Origin: Octopus bimaculoides
Lineage: Eukaryota
Direction: 5' to 3'
NCBI RefSeq assembly: GCF_001194135.2
Contig: NC_068984.1
Span: 69,615,957-69,679,956 of the forward strand
Length of the DNA: 64,000 bases
Below, piece by piece: positions 11,980-23,899 of this stretch. A program made the position numbers and the translations under genes. Each line of letters starts with the position of its first letter. Within the stretch, counting starts at the first letter, position 1. The notes below the pieces were generated by a model. That model saw only the letters and a program-made list of their open reading frames with translations. It made no database searches and was not told where the DNA came from.

Positions 11980-12913
11980 TATTTGAAGTCATCCCAGAAC
12001 TAATGCGTTTTTTTTTCAATTGTATGAACTAAAAGTCAGAGGGGGTGGGATAAACTATCTGCATCAACTTGCTATAAAAGCAGGTTGTAATTTTAACTCA
12101 GCTTATTCTTAGTGGAAGTTCTGAAGTGTGCAGTTTGATTTTAACAGTTATTTTTTCAAAGCTACAATGGAAGTAACAAAGGAGCATATTCAGCATATTT
12201 TGCTTGATGAGTTCAATAAAGGTAACAACACAATGGAAAATGTGAGGAATATTAATGCAGTATATGGGGATGAGCCAACAAATGTAATCCAGTGTCAATG
12301 GTGGTTCCAGAAATTCCGAGCCAGAAACTACAGCCTAAAAGACAAGTGACATCCTAGAAGATCTATAGAGCTCAATGAGGTCATCCTGCAAAACATGGTG
12401 GAACAAAATCCCTTCATAAGTGTTGAGGAACTGGTAGAGAAGCATGGATTTGATCATTCAATCATTCATCAACACCTGTGCTAGAAAAAAACAATGACCA
12501 TCTTTGGTTTGAAGATGAAAGGTTTTCTTCCATCAGGATAATGTTCAACCACATACAGCAAGGATGACATTCCAAAGCTGGAGCATTTAGAATGGGAAAC
12601 GATGCCTCACCAACCATATTCTCCAGACATTGCCCCATCTAATTATCATTTATTCCACAGTCTTCAAAATCATTTGGACAGGAAAAAATATGAATTCTTT
12701 AGACGAGGTCAGAAGAGTACTGGAGGAGTATTTTTTGTCACGGGCAAAGGAATTTTGGAAGAGGGGTCTTGTAAGTCAATCAGATAGATGGAAGAGCATT
12801 GTGGAAAATGAAGGAGAGTTTATTGTAGATTAAAAGAAGAACTTCATTTATTTTAATTTTCAAAATCTAAAAGAAGTATCAAAAAGCCGCATCATTTGTG
12901 GGATGACCCAATA
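11980..12913 (+). mobile_element. Mariner (Tc1/mariner superfamily) element with both TIRs and an internal deletion
   Basis: TIRs at 11980-12012 and 12881-12913 (consensus tattgggtcatccca..aatgcg), TA at both ends. Transposase pieces MEVTKEHIQHILLDEFNKG..WWFQKFRARNYSL, HQDN..PHT, MPHQPYSPDIAPSNYHLFHSLQNHL, RWKSIVENEGE. The WVPHEL linker and first catalytic D region are missing. Confidence 0.92.
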
Positions 12914-12929
12914 TGTGTATGTATGTATC

Positions 12930-13330
12930 CGAAGCATTCTAGTTGAGCGTTCAAGTGGTCTTTAGAGTCTTTGTACATGATATTATAGTAGCATTCTCTA
13001 CTGTGCATAAACTCACATTTTTGTTTGCATTGCTATATGGTCTGCTATTTCCCCTTATTTTTTCCTTGTACTGCGTTTGTCTTTATTCTTAAAAGAAGTG
13101 TAAGTACAAATCGCTTTTGTTCTTAATTCTCTTCCGATCCTCGGTATATTTTCTCCTGTTCATTTTGTTGTTTTGGGGGCTGGATTTTGCATTATATACT
13201 TCTTCAGTGCTGCAAGCATCTTTAAGTTAGCATGTGTTTCTTCCTTTAACGTCTATAGTAAACTTGCAAACACTGAGGTCTTCAATCAAGCAGTATTGTT
13301 TAGTATCTATACTTTCCCATACAGAACTTA
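12930..13330 (-). mobile_element. Penelope-like element GIY-YIG endonuclease remnant
   Basis: Minus-strand pieces TSFKNKDKRST and SRPYSNANKKCELCTVE..TLN resemble the PLE endonuclease C-terminus (PY...C.LC..E...LN). Confidence 0.6.
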
Positions 13331-13384
13331 ACTGCTTTGTTCTCATTACATTGGATTACGAATGCTTTCTGAAACTTCTTTTCT

Positions 13385-13560
13385 ACAGCAAGTTGTTTAG
13401 AAGGAACATTTAGTAAATGACACAAGAATAATTTCAAAGCATCTTTAGAAGACTTCAGCATTAATCCAATGTTCTTAAGAGGAAATCCTTATCACTGAAA
13501 GATGAATGTGGTGCAGTCACTACCAAAATTATGCCGTATCATCTAAGCAAAATTGAGCAG
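13385..13560 (+). mobile_element. RTE-type LINE 3' remnant
   Basis: NNFKASLEDFSINP resembles the RTE ORF C-terminal KASLKDFNI motif; heavily degraded. Confidence 0.35.
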
Positions 13561-14984
13561 AAGAAGGAGCTATAAAAGTTCAGAACAATCACTACATTAC
13601 AATGATGCTTAGATCATATCACTCCATGTTCAGCATTACCTTACATGTTCATATTGGAGTTGACGGATATGCAATCTAACTCTTTCGGATTCATGAATAA
13701 TGTCATGGTTACTTTCCATGTGTACAGAGGAACAAGTATAAATATGTGGAATGCTTATCAAGGGGCTTTTTTTGATGTACTAGAAGGGAAATGGTTATCT
13801 TAGCCCTAATTATGTTGATTGGGTATTGTTAGCCTGTGTAATTTGTAGAGAAAGTAGGCCTATAGTCAGGCCTGTTGCCAGACATTGTTGCCTGGGGGTG
13901 GTTCAGAATATTCTGGATGGACATTAATTTGTAATAATGTTAAAGTGGAGTTTCAAAATAAGTGTATCACAGTAAATCTGAGTGTGCACCATTGAATAGT
14001 GAGGGGGAAGTACTGTCCAGTGAATACCCCCCTTACCAACGGGTATGATTATAATGAATGCCTTACAATATTTGTATGTATGAGCTCAAATATCCAACAT
14101 ATCATATTTCTAGTATCAGTTTCATGTGTATTATTTATGATCTCTTCATATTTACAATGCATCACCACAGTAAAATATAAATCAGTATTATTATGAACTA
14201 ATAAAAGAGAGATCTCTTAATGGTTGACTGCTGTACAGTATTTGTTCCTGGTGTGCTGTATTTTGTGAGCTTTGTGTGACAATGATATGTGACACCATTT
14301 AAAACCAATGTCTTGTTCTTGTATAACTTTGGTGAAATTCATTCGGATGGAAATACTTAAACCAAATGCTCAATTTGAGAACATGTGAACAAATTCTTCC
14401 ATTCTTCCCACCAACTTCGGAATCTCTGATGAACAAAAATAAAAATAATAATGAACCATTGGCACAACCTTACTCTTTTTTGCTAAAAGCAAAAAAATGT
14501 TGGATTTTCTCCATTTTGCTGGGACTTTTCTTTTTTTTTCCCCTTCTTTTTTTTTCACCACGCACTTCAAAATGTGGAGGGAAACTTGTTTTTACACCAT
14601 CATTTTCACCTTGTAGCTTCATGACAACCATCACCATTAAAAAAATTATTTTGTATCATGTTATCATTTTCCATATTGTGAATTGCTTGTGATCCAAATT
14701 TTTTGAGGAAACAGATTAAATCCATACATTTCAAATATGTCCATTTCCATAAAACAATGACCACAACTAAAATGATTGTTTTACATCTTTTTTTATCTTT
14801 GAATGTATTGCCTTTACAGGTCGAAAAGGGACCAAGAATCTTGTGTTCATTTACTACCTATGTTAGGATAGTTATTTCTCAAGTACGCCGTATATCATAT
14901 TAGAGCATAGTTCTATTTTTACTGGATAACATTTTCAAAGATTCCACGATCAATTTCTTTTCATGTGGAAGCTGCAGTTTCTCA

Positions 14985-16001
14985 TGTTGTATACGTATCC
15001 ATGGATCCAATTTTCCTAAGTAGTTCGCTTGGTAGTTTATAATCATGTCTTCGTTTATTACTTAGTTTAAGTCCATATTTGACGTTCAAAATTCCTCATA
15101 GAGTTTCTATGCTTAGCCGGTTATGCTCATTTGATTTCATTAAATTCATGTGGCTAAATACTTTCTCCACATCAGCATATATGTGATAAAATGAAAAGTG
15201 TTAAAGCTAGATTAAACGAATGTTCAAATATATATTCACCACTTGAATCCCTATTAGATGGTACTTCAATCCAGAAAGAAACTCTGAAACTAGTAACCAT
15301 CGTACATTTACAAAAATGAAAAAATCCTTTGAAAATCAATTTCTGTCAGAATTTCTGAACCTTCATTAAAATGCTTTGCAAAGTTAATAATTTTAGGATT
15401 TACTGGTTTGAGAAATTCTGTTACACTAAAATAATTCATTGATTGTAAAAGACGAAAATTATATGGATGACACTGTTACTGTTTCATTTGCTCCACTACG
15501 TCCACAACAAATTTTATGCATCGGCTTCATATTTCATTTTCTTTCTTGTTCAGTAAATTTTACACCTTGAGATCTCCTTCTCAAATTGCTATGCAAGATA
15601 CATCTTCGGTTTTAAATAACCTTGCACTGAATCATTCTCCTTTTAGCTTTTTTAATTATTGAACTGAGTAAATCAGAGAGAGGTCGAAAATCATTCAACA
15701 ATTTAGTGGGGTTTTGTGCTTCTACTTCAGATATTTTATTAACTTAAAACTTCAGAAGAGATATGCCTTAAAAGAGGAGGAAAAGTGATGTTTTGCCACA
15801 TAATTTTTCTGTCTGAATTCCGCACAGAAAATTTCGAATTTCACATCAATGTAAAAGCACTAAATTATAAAAAACAAAAACAAAAAAAAAACAAAAAAAA
15901 AACACTAAAACCACGTGTATACGTAACTCGATGGATTTTCGAGTTGGAAATAGTAAAAAGGCACTAAATTTAGTGCAAAAAACACTGAATTGACAACCCC
16001 G
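14985..16001 (-). mobile_element. hAT-like DNA transposon remnant: 5' terminus plus transposase C-terminal part
   Basis: Minus strand encodes YADVEKVFSHMNLMKSNEHNRLSIETL*GILNVKYGLKL..YKLPSELLRKIGSMDTY (hAT dimerisation-domain motif). Terminus ggggttgtcaattcagtg at about 16001 with CACTRAA subterminal repeats. The other TIR was not found. Confidence 0.75.
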
Positions 16002-16140
16002 CCATACACAGCTTTAGAGCTTTCTGTTAAACTGTGTGAAAATATGAAGACCTCTTTGATTAATTAGTAACTGTTCATAGACAGTGATCGTCTTCAGTTA
16101 CATTTGAATGCACAGGGATATGTAGTGGATTAGTATTTTA

Positions 16141-17650
16141 TAAATAGCAAATATTTTGGTTAATGCTGACATTATTACCCTAAAAGGAAATTGAAAAAAA
16201 ATAGTACAATGGGTGTAAAAAAAGGTGTAGAAAACGAATCTGAAAACAAAAATGTGCGGAGAGCAACGAGGGTGGTGGTTAGGGAGAGGCCTTCGGAAAA
16301 TTCACAAGATCCAATGTTTTTCCCTCATAACTTTTAAGGAAATGTTTTTTTCTTTTAAATGAAATTTTATATAAATACCTTTCAAACGGTATAGATTACA
16401 ATTATAAAGAAATTTGTGAGGAACATCGTTTCCGAGGGGGTGGGGAGAGGACTTTGGAAAATTCACAAGATCCGATGTGTTTCCCTCATAACTTTGAGGA
16501 AAATGGATATCTTTCTACTACACACCCACGTAGGAAACGAATCTGAGAACAAAAATGCGCGGAAAGCAACGGAGTGGGGAGAGGAGTTTGGAAAATTCAC
16601 AAGATTCGCAAGATCCGAGTTTTTCCCTCGTAACTTTGAGGAAAATATAAGCCTTTTGAAATCACAAATTAGGCTTTTCCTCAGGAATACACACTCACAA
16701 ACACACACACACACATATCCGAAATCACTCACTCGCCCCATCTGACCCACGACATTGCTGTGCCATTGGAAGTTTAGTTTCACAAAGTATTTTACATGAA
16801 ATATGTGTCTCTCTCTCCCTCTCTTCGCACAATACTGAAATGTATTAGTTTGCCTGATTAACATATCGGCATACAAAATTACTAAAGGAAAGTGAAAACA
16901 TTGGATACGATTTGAAAACTGTGATTTTTAAGAGGTATGTTAACGATATTTTGTTTTAATATAATACTTTGTTTCACACACACACACACACAAACAATAA
17001 CGTGGTTTTTATAAGGATTTTGTATCATTCTTTCTCTCTCCTATCCAGACTTCGTTACCACTAATTTTTATAAAGGCGCACTTGTAAAAATTTAACGAAA
17101 TATTAAAGAAAGAAACAGCCGTGTTTTGTAGCATATTGGGTCACCGAGATTCATTCATCGAGAAAAAAGAGAAACATTTTCCAATAATTCTGGGTTCCTG
17201 TTCCCACTTTTTCCAAAGAAAAATAAGGGGCTTGCGGCGCATTAGGCGTAATGCATACCGTTTAAAAGGTATTTATATACAATTTCATTAAAAGATATCT
17301 ATTTTCCTCAAAGTTACGAGGGAAAAACATCGGATCTTGTGAAATTTCCGAAGTCCTCTCCCCTCCCCCTAGGAAAAGATTTTCATCACAAATTTCTTTA
17401 TAATCGTAATCTATACCGTTTGAAATGGTATTTATATAAAATTTCATTAAAAAAACTCATTTTCCTAAAGGTTGTGAGGGGAAAACATTGGATCTTGTGA
17501 ATTTTCTGAAGGCCTCTCTCCCCACCCATTGCTCTCCGCACATTTTTGTTTTCAGATTCGTTTTCTACACCCGTTTTTACACTATTTTCTTTTTTCGATT
17601 TCGTTTCTGGGTAATAATGTCAACATTAACCCATATTTTACTGTGTTTAT
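16141..17650. mobile_element. Foldback/long-TIR non-autonomous element with internal subrepeats
   Basis: Arms at about 16141-16520 and 17280-17650 are inverted copies, including a perfect 43-bp match (16224-16266 vs 17529-17571). The unit ggagagg..ggaaaattcacaagatcc.atgt.tttccctc.taactttgagg occurs three times on the left and twice on the right. Confidence 0.85.
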
Positions 17651-18361
17651 AATTGTATATTCGTATAGGTCGTGTATAAACGAGTTTATACATGAACGTA
17701 AATGGACGACATTTTCCCATGTGTAACGAGGCCCATTTTTTTAATGGCATTTTAGAATGACTGGTCATTTGACCTATCATGTAAGCTTGGAAAATTTGGT
17801 TGAGTCTTGTATTTTGATTTTCCGCGTATTGCGTGGAATATGGATCTCAGATCGAGTGCTTAATACATTCTAAATAGCTAACCTAAACTGTTACTGGTAG
17901 CCTATGTCTCTCTCTATATACAGTCTTTACAAAACCCTTATGACAGAGAGGTGAGAGGATTCTAGGTGTACGTGTCATATTTTCCCTTGTAACTAGCGAC
18001 AGCCAGAGCTGAAATATTATTTGGTCCACTGTGCGATTTAGCAGAGGAATGAACTCTCACAGTTATTCAAAGGTTTGTTTCTTGTAATATTGAGTTAACA
18101 CGCAACACAATCATATAATGGTATAAAAGATTTCGTAATAAACCATGAGATTTTGTAACCACACATTTAAACACATACATATACACTCCCATACAGTAAT
18201 ACCTGATTTCATTTACCTGTGCATACATACGTCAATAAATTTTTACACACACACACACACACGCGCGTTGTCACACATGCGTATACATGATGTGCATGGA
18301 ATACGAACACCAAAATATTTAGTTCACTCTTAGTGTCATAAATACGTTTACTATGTATCTA

Positions 18362-19273
18362 CCCACACACTGGGGTAAATTTTTATATTATCCCCCCGCA
18401 CGATTTTTACTAAGGAAAAAGAACTCAGATTTTCTGCATGGAATCAAGTACCCTGACCTCATAATATGCTGCAAACCCTTTATTTTTGTTCGGGAAAAAA
18501 GAGGTTGGTGGGAAACCAGACCTCCCCCCCCCTTCCATATCACGGAATCATTGGAAATTTTTTCTTTTTTTGTTGACTGAATTCCGGTGAACTCCTAATA
18601 TACTACAAAACCCAGGGCAGCAGACTTTGTAGCGTATTAGGAGGCCACCGGAATTCAGTCAATGAAACAAAAATTCCATTNNNNNNNNNNNNNNNNNNNN
18701 NNNNNNNNNNNNNNNNNNNNNNNNNNNNNNNNNNNNNNNNNNNNNNNNNNNNNNNNNNNNNNNNNNNNNNNNNNNNNNNNNNNNNNNNNNNNNNNNNNNN
18801 NNNNNNNNNNNNNNNNNNNNNNNNNNNNNNNNNNNNNNNNNNNNNNNNNNNNNNNNNNNNNNNNNNNNNNNNNNNNNNNNNNNNNNNNNNNNNNNGGGTT
18901 TGTTGCATATTATGAAGTCAGAGTACTTGATTCCATGTAAAAACCTTAGTGAAAATCGTGCAGGAGAAAAGATCAATGGGGTGGGGGTGAAATTTCCGAG
19001 GCTTCCACCTCACCCCACTCCATTTTCCGGACCCAAAAATGGCTTTTGTAGCATATTAGGAGGACACCGGAATTCATTCAATGGGAAAAAAAATTTCCAA
19101 TGATTCTGGGATATGGTTGGGGAAGGGGCGTCACCCCCCTTTTTTCGAACCACAATTAGGAATTTGCAGCATATTAGGAGGTCAGGGTACTTGATTTCAC
19201 ACAAAAAATCCAAGTTTTTTTTTTCCTTAGTGAAAATTGCGCAGGTGTTAATATAAAAATTTACCCACATGGG
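18362..19273. mobile_element. Long-TIR element (MITE-like), TA at both ends, spanning an assembly gap
   Basis: Left arm gggtaaattttatatta..aagtaccctgacctc.taatatgctgcaaa matches the reverse complement of 19160-19267; TA at 18360-61 and 19274-75; internal hairpin at 18573-18662. Confidence 0.8.
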
Positions 19274-20314
19274 TATCTAGCATTATGATTAAGTCCTGTG
19301 GGATCTTCTCTACATAACAAGTGTAGAGTTCTGTATGAATACGTAAGCTTAAAATTAATCAAAATACTTAATCAACTTAAAATACAAAACAAAAGACAAA
19401 AGCAATTAAACTGAAATCAGCATTAGTACAAATAGAATACGTCTTTATCATTGGCTGTTCTGATTTATTTGTCTTGTCAAATATATATTTCAAGTGTACT
19501 GAGATGTATTTACTATGACACTTAACTCGTGAAAAATATACCAAAATATATGTGTTAAAAAATTTACAATGCAAAAAAGTTTTGATTCTCTTAAGGTGAT
19601 AATATGAAAGAGATTTTTATCAGGTAGAATTTTTTTTAGTCCGATTAAGTGTTTCAAGATGTAGAAATGTACGTTTATTATTGCTTATGTTGTTGTTGTT
19701 GCCTAGACGATATTTTAGAAAAGTTTGTTTTTTTAGTTTATAGCTTACTAATACAAATTTATACAGAAATGGTCAAGAGAGAAAGAAGGCAAAAACAAAG
19801 AGACAGAAAAACAGACAGAAATAGATTTAACAGTAATCCCTAGACATGTGTGACTGGAATAAAATTCTTTCTGTCTTTTTTTTTTTTTGAAATGTTCTTG
19901 TCTTGTCATTATTTACACATCTTTTGCAATTTAGGTAAAGTTTCAGTAATAATAAATATATTGTTTGTTGTGCAACTTTTACGAATATGTGTTGATTGAA
20001 TCAAGGTTATTTTTATTTCAGTAAATCAAAAATATAAATATTTCTCTTATCCTTGGCTAGCCCTATTGCTCTGGCTCATTGGCCATCTCTGTGTACCATA
20101 CTTNNNNNNNNNNCCTATTGCTCTGGCTCATTGGCCATCTCTGTGTACCATACTTAGTGCATGCTACACAGTTGCACTTAACAGGCCAGTTACTGTAATA
20201 TTTTTCCCGACACATCTTTTATGGATGTGCTGTGTTAAAACATAAATATCAGAGAGATGAATATTTTCCTCAGCAGTGACCAAATGCATAACCGCCTTTA
20301 TGTGTGTGTAAATT

Positions 20315-20654
20315 GGACGTTGCCAGTACCGCCTGACTGGCCGTCATATGACCTTCAAGCAAGATCGTTGCCAGTGCCCCTGGACTGGCTCTTGTGCGGG
20401 TGGCACATAAAATACACCATTTTGAGCGTGGCCGTTGCCAGCACCGCTTGACTGGCCTTTGTGCGGGTGAAACGTAAAAGCACCCACTACACTCTCTGAG
20501 TGGTTGGCGTTAGGAAGGGTATCCAACTGTAGAAACTCTGCCAAATCAGATTGGAGCCTGGTGTAGCCATCTGGTTTCACCAGTCCTCAGTCAAATCGTC
20601 CAACCCATGCTAGCATGGAAAGCGGACGTTAAACGATGATGATGATGATGATGA

Positions 20655-20660
<6 letters not shown>
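20315..20660 (+). mobile_element. SINE family D, young copy, (GAT)n tail
   Basis: ttgccagtaccgc.tgactggcc subrepeats, aaagcacccactacactc..ggttggcgttaggaaggg..ccaacccatgctagcatggaaagcggacgttaaacgatgatgat. Confidence 0.85.
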
Positions 20661-20728
<68 letters not shown>

Positions 20729-20955
20729 ACACACACGTTTTCATGCTTTTGCGTCTATTTTCTGCCTCTGCATTTCAAAATCACATTCTTCAAAGTGAGA
20801 GTCAAAGTGAGAGTCAATACCCAGAAATTAATCCAAAATACATTACTTTGAGTATAAATGATGTCTCTTTGAAGCTTTAATGGAATATAACCAACTCAAG
20901 TATAACCTTTTGGTGATATACATACGGTTTTCCTTCTGATGACCTGTTGAATTAG

Positions 20956-21032
20956 GGTGGTGCAACTTCTCTTGATGTATATCATGGTCATCAGTTAAGA
21001 AATATTTATGGAGAAGACCCTTTCCAACTTTG
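20956..21032 (+). CDS. Candidate coding exon (GGATSLDVYHGHQLRNIYGEDPFQL), phase 0 to 2, product unknown
   Basis: Acceptor ttttccttctgatgacctgttgaattag, open frame, strong donor TTG|gtaagg. Confidence 0.35.
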
Positions 21033-21119
21033 GTAAGGTTTTCAGCCTCATATGAGCTGATATGTTCCATTACTTGCCTTACTGTGTGTGTCTGTGTGGG
21101 TATCTTGTGTCATGTATTG

Positions 21120-21325
21120 GCTTCAATATTTGGCACAAGGCCAGCAGGGAGGAGGTAGATTGATTACATCAATCCCAGTTCTCGACTGGTACTTGTTTTA
21201 TTGACCCTGAAAGGGATGAATAGCAAAGTTGACCTCAGTGGAATTCGATCGAAGAAAGTAAAGACTAACGAAATGCTGTTTAGCATTTTGCCCAGTAGTA
21301 ACAATTCTGCCAGCCCACTGCCTTA
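21120..21325 (-). mobile_element. SINE family A
   Basis: ttggcacaaggccagc...actggtacttgttttattgaccctgaaagggatgaa..aattctgccagc. Confidence 0.8.
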
Positions 21326-21654
21326 AATCTTGTGTCATAAACTGCCAATGAATATAATTGACTAGAACAATGGATACAGTGCTTTTTGAATAAAGTTTTC
21401 TGAGTTACTCTCACTGTTAGAAACACAGTGAACCTATAATTGGTTCATTGGAAAACCTGTTTCCAAAGACACATTTGATAGCATTATGATATCATAATAG
21501 CATTATAATAGCATGAATAACTAGCCAGATAATGGCTGACCACTGTACTCTGTATCCAATGTGAAACACAGCTTAATAATGCATCTCATCTCTACTCTCT
21601 ATTCTCACCTGTTTATTGAATCTCATCCTCACCAGGACTGTAACATGTCACCAG

Positions 21655-21751
21655 GTTTAGAAACATACTACAGTGTATCCAATTCTCAAGAAAAGCAACC
21701 GCTTTTGATGCTGCCAAATATCATCCTATATCAACTGATAATATCTCAAAG
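21655..21751 (+). CDS. Candidate coding exon (W-FRNILQCIQFSRKATAFDAAKYHPISTDNISK); alternative acceptor at 21636 gives a different open frame
   Basis: Strong donor AAG|gtaatg at 21752. The acceptor at 21654 is phase-compatible with exon 20956-21032, but the stronger acceptor at 21635 gives DCNMSPGLETYY...ISQ, so the frame is unresolved. Confidence 0.33.
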
Positions 21752-21952
21752 GTAATGTAGAGAGAGAGAGCTATTAACTACAATCTTCTCCAATATAACC
21801 CTGCTTTTCGGAGAAGAGAATTAAATATTTCAGAACTGTCCATTCTGTTGAAAAAAAGAATGGTCTAGATGTGACTGTATCTCTCTGTCTGTAGGTATAT
21901 TTGTGTACGTATATGTATCTATGTTTTGGGTATGTGTGTGCAAGTGTGTGTG

Positions 21953-22020
<68 letters not shown>

Positions 22021-23139
22021 TATATATATACATGCATATACTTTTATGTGAGTGTGTAAGCAAAGGACATTGAAAGCTACCATAATTCTGAAGAAAGAGA
22101 AAACTAAATTCTTATTTTCAATGTCAGTTTTAATAAACTCTTGAACATGAAATAGACAAGATTTACATTGTAATTAATTCTTTATGAGAATTCCAAGTGT
22201 GGAATCACTTTCAATGAGTACATCATTTCACAAAACTTCATTAGTATCTTTTAATTTCATTTCCATTCACATTTCAGTTTTACTCTTGGTCTACTATTAT
22301 GATTTCCTTCACATGTATGAAGCTTTACAGGAAATTAACTTAAATTGGTTTCTTGCATTACCATAAGACTACTCATTTAAATTGAATATTTAGTGTATTA
22401 CAGGTACCAATTTTATAGATTTCTTCTCAGAGGGAAAGTTGGGGAGAGAGAGGTGGGGTAGAATGATGAAATGCAAAGTGTAAAAGGTTGTAATTAAATA
22501 TAGCAAATAATTTTTTTTTCGTTGTCATTTATCAATCTTTCCATTAATGTCTATGAAAACAGGAAGGACACATAAGATATATATTCACAAGTAAAAGAGA
22601 TAAAGAACTGGTTGATCGTGGTTGCAATGTGTTTAGAGTGTTTGATCAGGATTGATTTTGGCCTGAACTATAATACTATAAATATTATACTGTGCCAGCT
22701 GAAAATATCAGAAACTCAGGCAATTGCCAAGCATTGAATGTCCTATGGAGTGCTACATCATGTGTTTCCCAGTAATTGTGGTTACATGAGAGAGAGAGGG
22801 GTGGTGGAGGTAGGGAAGGAACAGAGAAAGCGAGTGGAGAGAGATAGAAAGAAGCTTTAGCACAATGTTTCCTTACTAAGAGGTGCTAAAATTAATTTCA
22901 GTGGGTGCTGAGATTTCTAATTAAATTATACTCTACTCTGAATACCTCACTGGAAAATTTAAGTAAAGATCCTCATTGTTTTCACTTGTTATCAAATGAG
23001 AAACAAGGCAAGAAAAAAATGAGGAAACACAGCCGTAGTAAACTAAAGCTTGCAAAAACATATTTTCAATAATTTGTGATACAAGATATATTAAATTCTC
23101 TCACAAATTTGTCAATAAAGAATGATGTTGTTTAAAAAA

Positions 23140-23390
23140 AGAAATGAATGGATGAAAGTCCAATGAAGTTGAGAATGTTGCTGGAAAGAATTGCAAGATG
23201 AATTCTTGAAGGTGAGCCAACTGGCAGGAAATCTAGGTGCAGACCAGGAACATGATGGTTGGATAGTATCCTTACTCTCATTTGGTCAAACTTTGGAATC
23301 CAGCAGGGATGTGTAATGACAGTCACTTCTGATAGGACCCAAGGAGGAGGTGTCTGCGGACCCTACCTCCATGACCATCCCAGGATAGTG
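23140..23390 (+). mobile_element. RTE-type LINE 3' end remnant
   Basis: LERIAR*ILEGEPTGRKSRCRPGT*WLDSILTLIWSNFGIQ resembles the RTE C-terminal G.R..GRP.TRW.D motif. Confidence 0.7.
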
Positions 23391-23727
23391 AAGAAAATAA
23401 ATGGATAAATAGAAATTGAGGAATACTTTCTTTATTTAATAATGTGTTGTATTTATTAGAAAATTAGATTGAAATGTTCAGCACCCATTGCTCTTCCTAT
23501 CACCCACCCATCACCATCTCCAATGTTTTCATGAAAAATGTGTCAAATTCTTCATCAGTCTTAGTTCAGGGTTGAAATTAGGATTGGCAGTGCATCACAA
23601 AATTTCATTGAAAATATTAATTTGCTGTTATCTTTCATTTTTACGATTTTATTATGTTCTTATTATCAATTTGTAAAAAGGCAACAGGTTGTTGAGATTT
23701 TTGTAATTTTGCACATCAAAAACAAGT

Positions 23728-23890
23728 GAAGGTGCACAGCTTAGTGTTTAAGGCATTTGGTTAATGATCATACATATGGTTGTCAATTCAATTCCTGGTG
23801 ACATGTTTTGCCCTTGAGCAAGACACTTGACGTCACATTGCTCCAGTCTACTCTGCTGGCAAAATGAGTAGTACCTGTATTTGCAAAGTA
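23728..23890 (+). mobile_element. SINE family E (CORE-like)
   Basis: tRNA-like head gcttagtgtttaagg..ttcaattcc followed by cccttgagcaagacacttg..gctccagtctactc. Confidence 0.65.
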
Positions 23891-23899
23891 CCTGTATTT

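Noticed and set aside
14300-14950. 108-aa and 66-aa ORFs next to the hAT remnant
   Set aside because: Low-complexity T/A runs with no recognisable transposase or host motif.
16280-16650. Three spaced repeats of about 60 bp superficially like a CRISPR array
   Set aside because: Eukaryotic context, diverged units, homologous spacers, no cas genes; they are subrepeats of a foldback arm.
20062-20155. 42-bp direct repeat flanking a 10-N gap
   Set aside because: Identical sequence on both sides of a 10-N spacer indicates an unmerged contig overlap.
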